NCBI RefSeq assembly: GCF_902713615.1
Contig: NW_024055500.1
Span: forward strand, 4,700,135 to 4,764,134
Direction: 5' to 3'
Length of the DNA stretch: 64,000 nt
From: Scyliorhinus canicula
Lineage: Eukaryota
Of this stretch, positions 57,127 through 64,000 are shown in pieces. The translations under genes and the position numbers were made by a program. Numbering within the stretch: the first letter of the stretch is position 1; every line of letters begins with the position of its first letter. The notes below the pieces were generated by a model, which did no database searches, was not told the origin of the DNA, and saw only the letters and a list, made by a program, of their open reading frames with translations.

Positions 57127-57431
57127 ATCTCTCTGCCTATCCGCATCGGTCTATCTCTCTCTCCTGCACTCTCTTGCTCGCTCTCTCTCTCTATCTCTCT
57201 CTCACGAACTGCGGAACAAAAGCAGCTTCCGTTATCATGGAAACATGAAGTTGTGCAGAACACTGCGTCGGACAAGGAGGATGTTACTGCCGGAACGGTA
57301 AATTACTAAACAATCATCAGAAATTCAAAGCAGCACAGACCAATGACTCAGACAGGCTTAGAAAGATGATTCATACCGTACACAATATACAGCACAATAG
57401 TGAGGAACGCTATATATATAAATAATAAATA

Positions 57432-60400
57432 CAGTGTTAAACCCAGTGACACACGGTGTGATATTATATAATATACACAGCGTTATACCCAGTGACACAC
57501 GGTGTGATATTATATAATATATACAGCGTTAAACCCAGTGACACACGGTGTGTATTATATAATATACACAGCGTTATACCCAGTGACACACGGTGTGATA
57601 TATAATATATACAGCGTTATACCCAGTGACACACGGTGTGTATATATAATATATACAGCGTTATACCCAGTGACACACGGTGTGTATATATAATATATAC
57701 AGCGTTATACCCAGTGACACACGGTGTGTTATTATATAATATACACAGCGTTATACCCAGTGACACACGGTGTGATATATAATATACACAGCGTTATACC
57801 CAGTGACACACGGTGTGATATATAATATACACAGCGTTATACCCAGTGACACACGGTGTGATATATAATATACACAGCGTTATACCCAGTGACACACGGT
57901 GTGATATATAATATACACAGCGTTATACCCAGTGACACACGGTGTGTTATTATATAATATACACAGCGTTATACCCAGTGACACACGGTGTGATATATAA
58001 TATATACAGCGTTATACCCAGTGACACACGGTGTGATATATAATATACACAGCGTTATACCCAGTGACACACGGTGTGATATATAATATACACAGCGTTA
58101 TACCCAGTGACACACGGTGTGATATATAATATACACAGTGTTATACCCAGTGACACACGGTGTGATATATAATATATACAGCGTTATACCCAGTGACACA
58201 CGGTGTGATATATAATATACACAGCGTTATACCCAGTGACACACGGTGTGATATATAATATACACAGCGTTATACCCAGTAACACACGGTGTGATATATA
58301 ATATACACAGCGTTATACCCAGTGACACACGGTGTGTTATTATATAATATACACAGCGTTATACCCAGTGACACACGGTGTGTTATATAATATATACAGC
58401 GTTATACCCAGTGACACACGGTGTGATATATAATATATACAGCGTTATACCCAGTGACACACGGTGTGATATATAATATACACAGCGTTATACCCAGTGA
58501 CACACGGTGTGATATATAATATACACAGCGTTATACCCAGTGACACACGGTGTGATATATAATATACACAGCGTTATACCCAGTGACACACGGTGTGATA
58601 TATAATATACACAGCGTTATACCCAGTGACACACGGTGTGATATATAATATACACAGCGTTATACCCAGTGACACACGGTGTGATATATAATATACACAG
58701 CGTTATACCCAGTGACACACGGTGTGATATATAATATACACAGCGTTATACCCAGTGACACACGGTGTGATATATAATATATACAGCGTTATACCCAGTG
58801 ACACACGGTGTGATATATAATATACACAGCGTTATACCCAGTGACACACGGTGTGATATATAATATATACAGCGTTATACCCAGTGACACACGGTGTGAT
58901 ATATAATATACACAGCGTTATACCCAGTGACACACGGTGTGATATATAATATACACAGCGTTATACCCAGTGACACACGGTGTGATATATAATATACACA
59001 GCGTTATACCCAGTGACACACGGTGTGCTATATAATATACACAGCGTTATACCCAGTGACACACGGTGTGATATATAATATACACAGCGTTATACCCAGT
59101 GACACACGGTGTGATATATAATATACACAGCGTTATACCCAGTGACACACGGTGTGATATATAATATACACAGCGTTATACCCAGTGACACACGGTGTGA
59201 TATATAATATATACAGCGTTATACCCAGTGACACACGGTGTGATATATAATATACACAGCGTTATACCCAGTGACACACGGTGTGATATATAATATACAC
59301 AGCGTTATACCCAGTGACACACGGTGTGATATATAATATACACAGCGTTATACCCAGTGACACACGGTGTGCTATATAATATACACAGCGTTATACCCAG
59401 TGACACACGGTGTGATATATAATATACACAGCGTTATACCCAGTGACACACGGTGTGTTATTATATAATATACACAGCGTTATACCCAGTGACACACGGT
59501 GTGTTATTATATAATATACACAGCGTTATACCCAGTGACACACGGTGTGTTATTATATAATATACACAGCGTTATACCCAGTGACACACGGTGTGTTATT
59601 ATATAATATATACAGCGTTATACCCAGTGACACACGGTGCGTTATTATATAATATACACAGCGTTATACCCAGTGACACACGGTGTGATATATAATATAC
59701 ACAGCGTTATACCCAGTGACACACGGTGTGATATATAATATACACAGCGTTATACCCAGTGACACACGGTGTGATATATAATATATACAGCGTTATACCC
59801 AGTGACACACGGTGTGTTATTATATAATATATACAGTGTTATACCCAGTGACGCACTGTGCGTTATTATATAATATATACAGCGTTATACCCAGTGACAC
59901 ACGGTGTGATATATAATATACACAGCGTTATACCCAGTGACACACGGTGTGTTATTATATAATATACACAGCGTTATACCCAGTGACACACGGTGTGATA
60001 TATAATATACACAGCGTTATACCCAGTGACACACGGTGTGATATATAATATACACAGCGTTATACCCAGTGACACACGGTGTGATATATAATATACACAG
60101 CGTTATACCCAGTGACACACGGTGTGTATATATAATATATACAGCGTTATACCCAGTGACACACGGTGTGATATATAATATACACAGCGTTATACCCAGT
60201 GACACACGGTGTGATATATAATATATACAGCGTTATACCCAGTGACACACGGTGTGATATATAATATATACAGCGTTATACCCAGTGACACACGGTGTGA
60301 TATATAATATACACAGCGTTATACCCAGTGACACACGGTGTGATATATAATATACACAGCGTTATACCCAGTGACACACGGTGTGATATATAATATACAG

Positions 60401-63400
60401 CGTTATACCCAGTGACACACGGTGTGATATATAATATATACAGCGTTATACCCAGTGACACACGGTGTGATATATAATATATACAGCGTTATACCCAGTG
60501 ACACACGGTGTGATATATAATATACACAGCGTTATACCCAGTGACACACGGTGTGATATATAATATATACAGCGTTATACCCAGTGACACACGGTGTGTT
60601 ATTATATAATATATACAGCGTTATACCCAGTGACACACGGTGTGTATATATAATATATACAGCGTTATACCCAGTGACACACGGTGTGATATATAATATA
60701 CACAGCGTTATACCCAGTGACACACGGTGTGATATATAATATACACAGCGTTATACCCAGTGACACACGGTGTGATATATAATATACACAGCGTTATACC
60801 CAGTGACACACGGTGTGATATATAATATACACAGCGTTATACCCAGTGACACACGGTGTGCTATATAATATATACAGCGTTATACCCAGTGACACACGGT
60901 GTGATATATAATATACACAGCGTTATACCCAGTGACACACGGTGTGTTATTATATAATATACACAGCGTTATACCCAGTGACACACGGTGTGATATATAA
61001 TATACACAGCGTTATACCCAGTGACACACGGTGTGATATATAATATATACAGCGTTATACCCAGTGACACACGGTGTGATATATAATATACACAGCGTTA
61101 TACCCAGTGACACACGGTGTGATATATAATATACACAGCGTTATACCCAGTGACACACGGTGTGTATATATAATATACACAGCGTTATACCCAGTGACAC
61201 ACGGTGTGATATATAATATACACAGCGTTATACCCAGTGACACACGGTGTGTTATTATATAATATACACAGCGTTATACCCAGTGACACACGGTGTGTTA
61301 TTATATAATATACACAGCGTTATACCCAGTGACACACGGTGTGATATATAATATACACAGCGTTATACCCAGTGACACACGGTGTGATATATAATATACA
61401 CAGCGTTATACCCAGTGACACACGGTGTGTATATATAATATACACAGCGTTATACCCAGTGACACACGGTGTGTTATTATATAATATACACAGCGTTATA
61501 CCCAGTGACACACGGTGTGTTATTATATAATATATACAGCGTTATACCCAGTGACACACGGTGTGTATATATAATATATACAGCGTTATACCCAGTGACA
61601 CACGGTGTGATATATAATATATACAGCGTTATACCCAGTGACACACGGTGTGATATATAATATATACAGCGTTATACCCAGTGACACACGGTGTGTATTA
61701 TATAATATACACAGCGTTATACCCAGTGACACACGGTGTGTTATATATAATATACACAGCGTTATACCCAGTGACACACGGTGTGTTATTATATAATATA
61801 CACAGCGTTATACCCAGTGACACACGGTGTGATATATAATATATACAGCGTTATACCCAGTGACACACGGTGTGATATATAATATACACAGCGTTATACC
61901 CAGTGACACACGGTGTATATATAATATATACAGCGATATACCCAGTGACACACGGTGTGCTATATAATATATACAGCGTTATACCCAGTGACACACGGTG
62001 TGTTATTATATATATACACAGCGTTATACCCAGTGACACACGGTGTGATATATAATATATACAGCGTTATACCCAGTGACACACGGTGTGTTATATAATA
62101 TATACAGCGTTATACCCAGTAACACACGGTGTGATATATAATATACACAGTGTTATACCCAGTGACACAGGGTGTGATATATAATATATACAGCGTTATA
62201 CCCAGTGACACACGGTGTGTTATTATATAATATACACAGCGTTATACCCAGTGACACACGGTGTGTTATTATATAATATACACAGCGCTATACCCAGTGA
62301 CACACGGTGTGTTATTATATAATATATACAGCGTTATACCCAGTGACACACGGTGTGTTATTATATAATATATACAGCATTATACCCAGTGACACACGGT
62401 GTGATATTATATAATATACACCGCGTTATACCCAGTGACACACGGTGTGATATATAATATATACAGCGTTATACCCAGCGACACACGGTGTGATATATAA
62501 TATACACAGCGTTATACCCAGTGACACACGGTGTGTTATTATATAATATACACAGCGTTATACCCAGTGACACACGGTGTGCTATATAATATATACAGCG
62601 TTATACCCAGTGACACACGGTGTGATATATAATATATACAGTGTTATACCCAGTGACACACGGTGTGTTATTATATAATATATACAGCGTTATACCCAGT
62701 GACACACGGTGTGTTATTATATAATATACACAGCGTTATACCCAGTGACACACGGTGTGATATATAATATATACAGCGTTATAACCAGTGACACACGGTG
62801 TGATATATAATATATACAGCATTATACCCAGTGACACACGGTGTGTTATTATATAATATATACAGCGTTATACCCAGTGACACACGGTGTGATATATAAT
62901 ATACACAGCGTTATACCCAGTGACACACGGTGTGATATATAATATACACAGCGTTATACCCAGTGACACACGGTGTGATATATAATATACACAGCGTTAT
63001 ACCCAGTGACACACGGTGTGATATATAATATATACAGCGTTATACCCAGTGACACACGGTGTGTTATTATATAATATACACAGCGTTATACCCAGTGACA
63101 CACGGTGTGATATATAATATATACAGCGTTATACCCAGTGACACACGGTGTGATATATAATTTATACAGCGTTATACCCAGTGACACACGGTGTGATATA
63201 TAATATACACAGCGTTATACCCAGTGACACACGGTGTGTTATATAATATACACAGCGTTATACCCAGTGACACACGGTGTGATATATAATATACACAGCG
63301 TTATACCCAGTGACACACGGTGTGATATATAATATACACAGCGTTATACCCAGTGACACACGGTGTGATATATAATATACACAGCGTTATACCCAGTGAC

Positions 63401-64000
63401 ACACGGTGTGTTATTATATAATATATACAGCGTTATACCCAGTGACACACGGTGTGATATATAATATATACAGCGTTATACCCAGTGACACACGGTGTGT
63501 TATTATATAATATATACAGCGTTATACCCAGTGACACACGGTGTGATATATAATATATACAGCGTTATACCCAGTGACACACGGTGTGTTATTATATAAT
63601 ATATACAGCGTTATACCCAGTGACATACGGTGTGATATATAATATACACAGCGTTATACCCAGTGACACACGGTGTGATATATAATATATACAGCGTTAT
63701 ACCCAGTGACACACGGTGTGTTATTATATAATATACACAGCGTTATACCCAGTGACACACGGTGTGATATATAATATATACAGCGTTATACCCAGTGACA
63801 CACGGTGTGTTATTATATAATATATACAGTGTTATACCCAGTGACACACGGTGTGATATATAATATATACAGCGTTATACCCAGTGACACACGGTGTGTT
63901 ATTATATAATATACACAGCGTTATACCCAGTGACACACGGTGTGATATATAATATATACAGCGTTATACCCAGTGACACACGGTGTGATATATAATATAC
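57432..64000 (+). repeat. Minisatellite G, 43-bp unit ACAGCGTTATACCCAGTGACACACGGTGTGATATATAATATAC (46-bp variant with GTGTGTTATTATAT), about 150 copies, runs off the window
   Basis: Period 43 by direct reading. Confidence 0.98.

Overview
Eukaryotic genomic DNA, very probably cartilaginous fish (shark, catshark-like). This is inferred from V-SINE/HE1-type SINEs, CR1-clade LINE fragments and the tandem-repeat families. About three quarters of the 64 kb is tandem repeat (my sum of array coordinates). Embedded in it is one recognisable + strand gene, a divergent RBM39/RBM23 (CAPER) family splicing factor. I can splice ten coding exons in frame with GT-AG boundaries (3542-3588, 19344-19460, 22092-22247, 23033-23092, 27344-27461, 28673-28825, 35021-35158, 36280-36345, 43437-43641, 44404-44493; 1150 nt over 41 kb). 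They give an Arg/Ser/His-rich N-terminus, RRM1, RRM2 and the post-RRM2 linker. The start exon is not in the window and I find no UHM/RRM3 exons. The introns are filled with at least nine tandem-repeat types; three families occur in both orientations, two of them in a mirror arrangement around exons. The rest is SINEs, CR1 LINE fragments, MITE-like pieces, a decayed Gypsy gag fragment, two assembly gaps and weak evidence for a convergent minus-strand gene. Almost all long ORFs in the supplied track are repeat artefacts. I see no evidence for a self-contained new multi-gene system. The best leads are the inverted-satellite architecture of the pre-mRNA, a tandem array of 3'-splice-site-like units, and the unusual sequence of this paralog.
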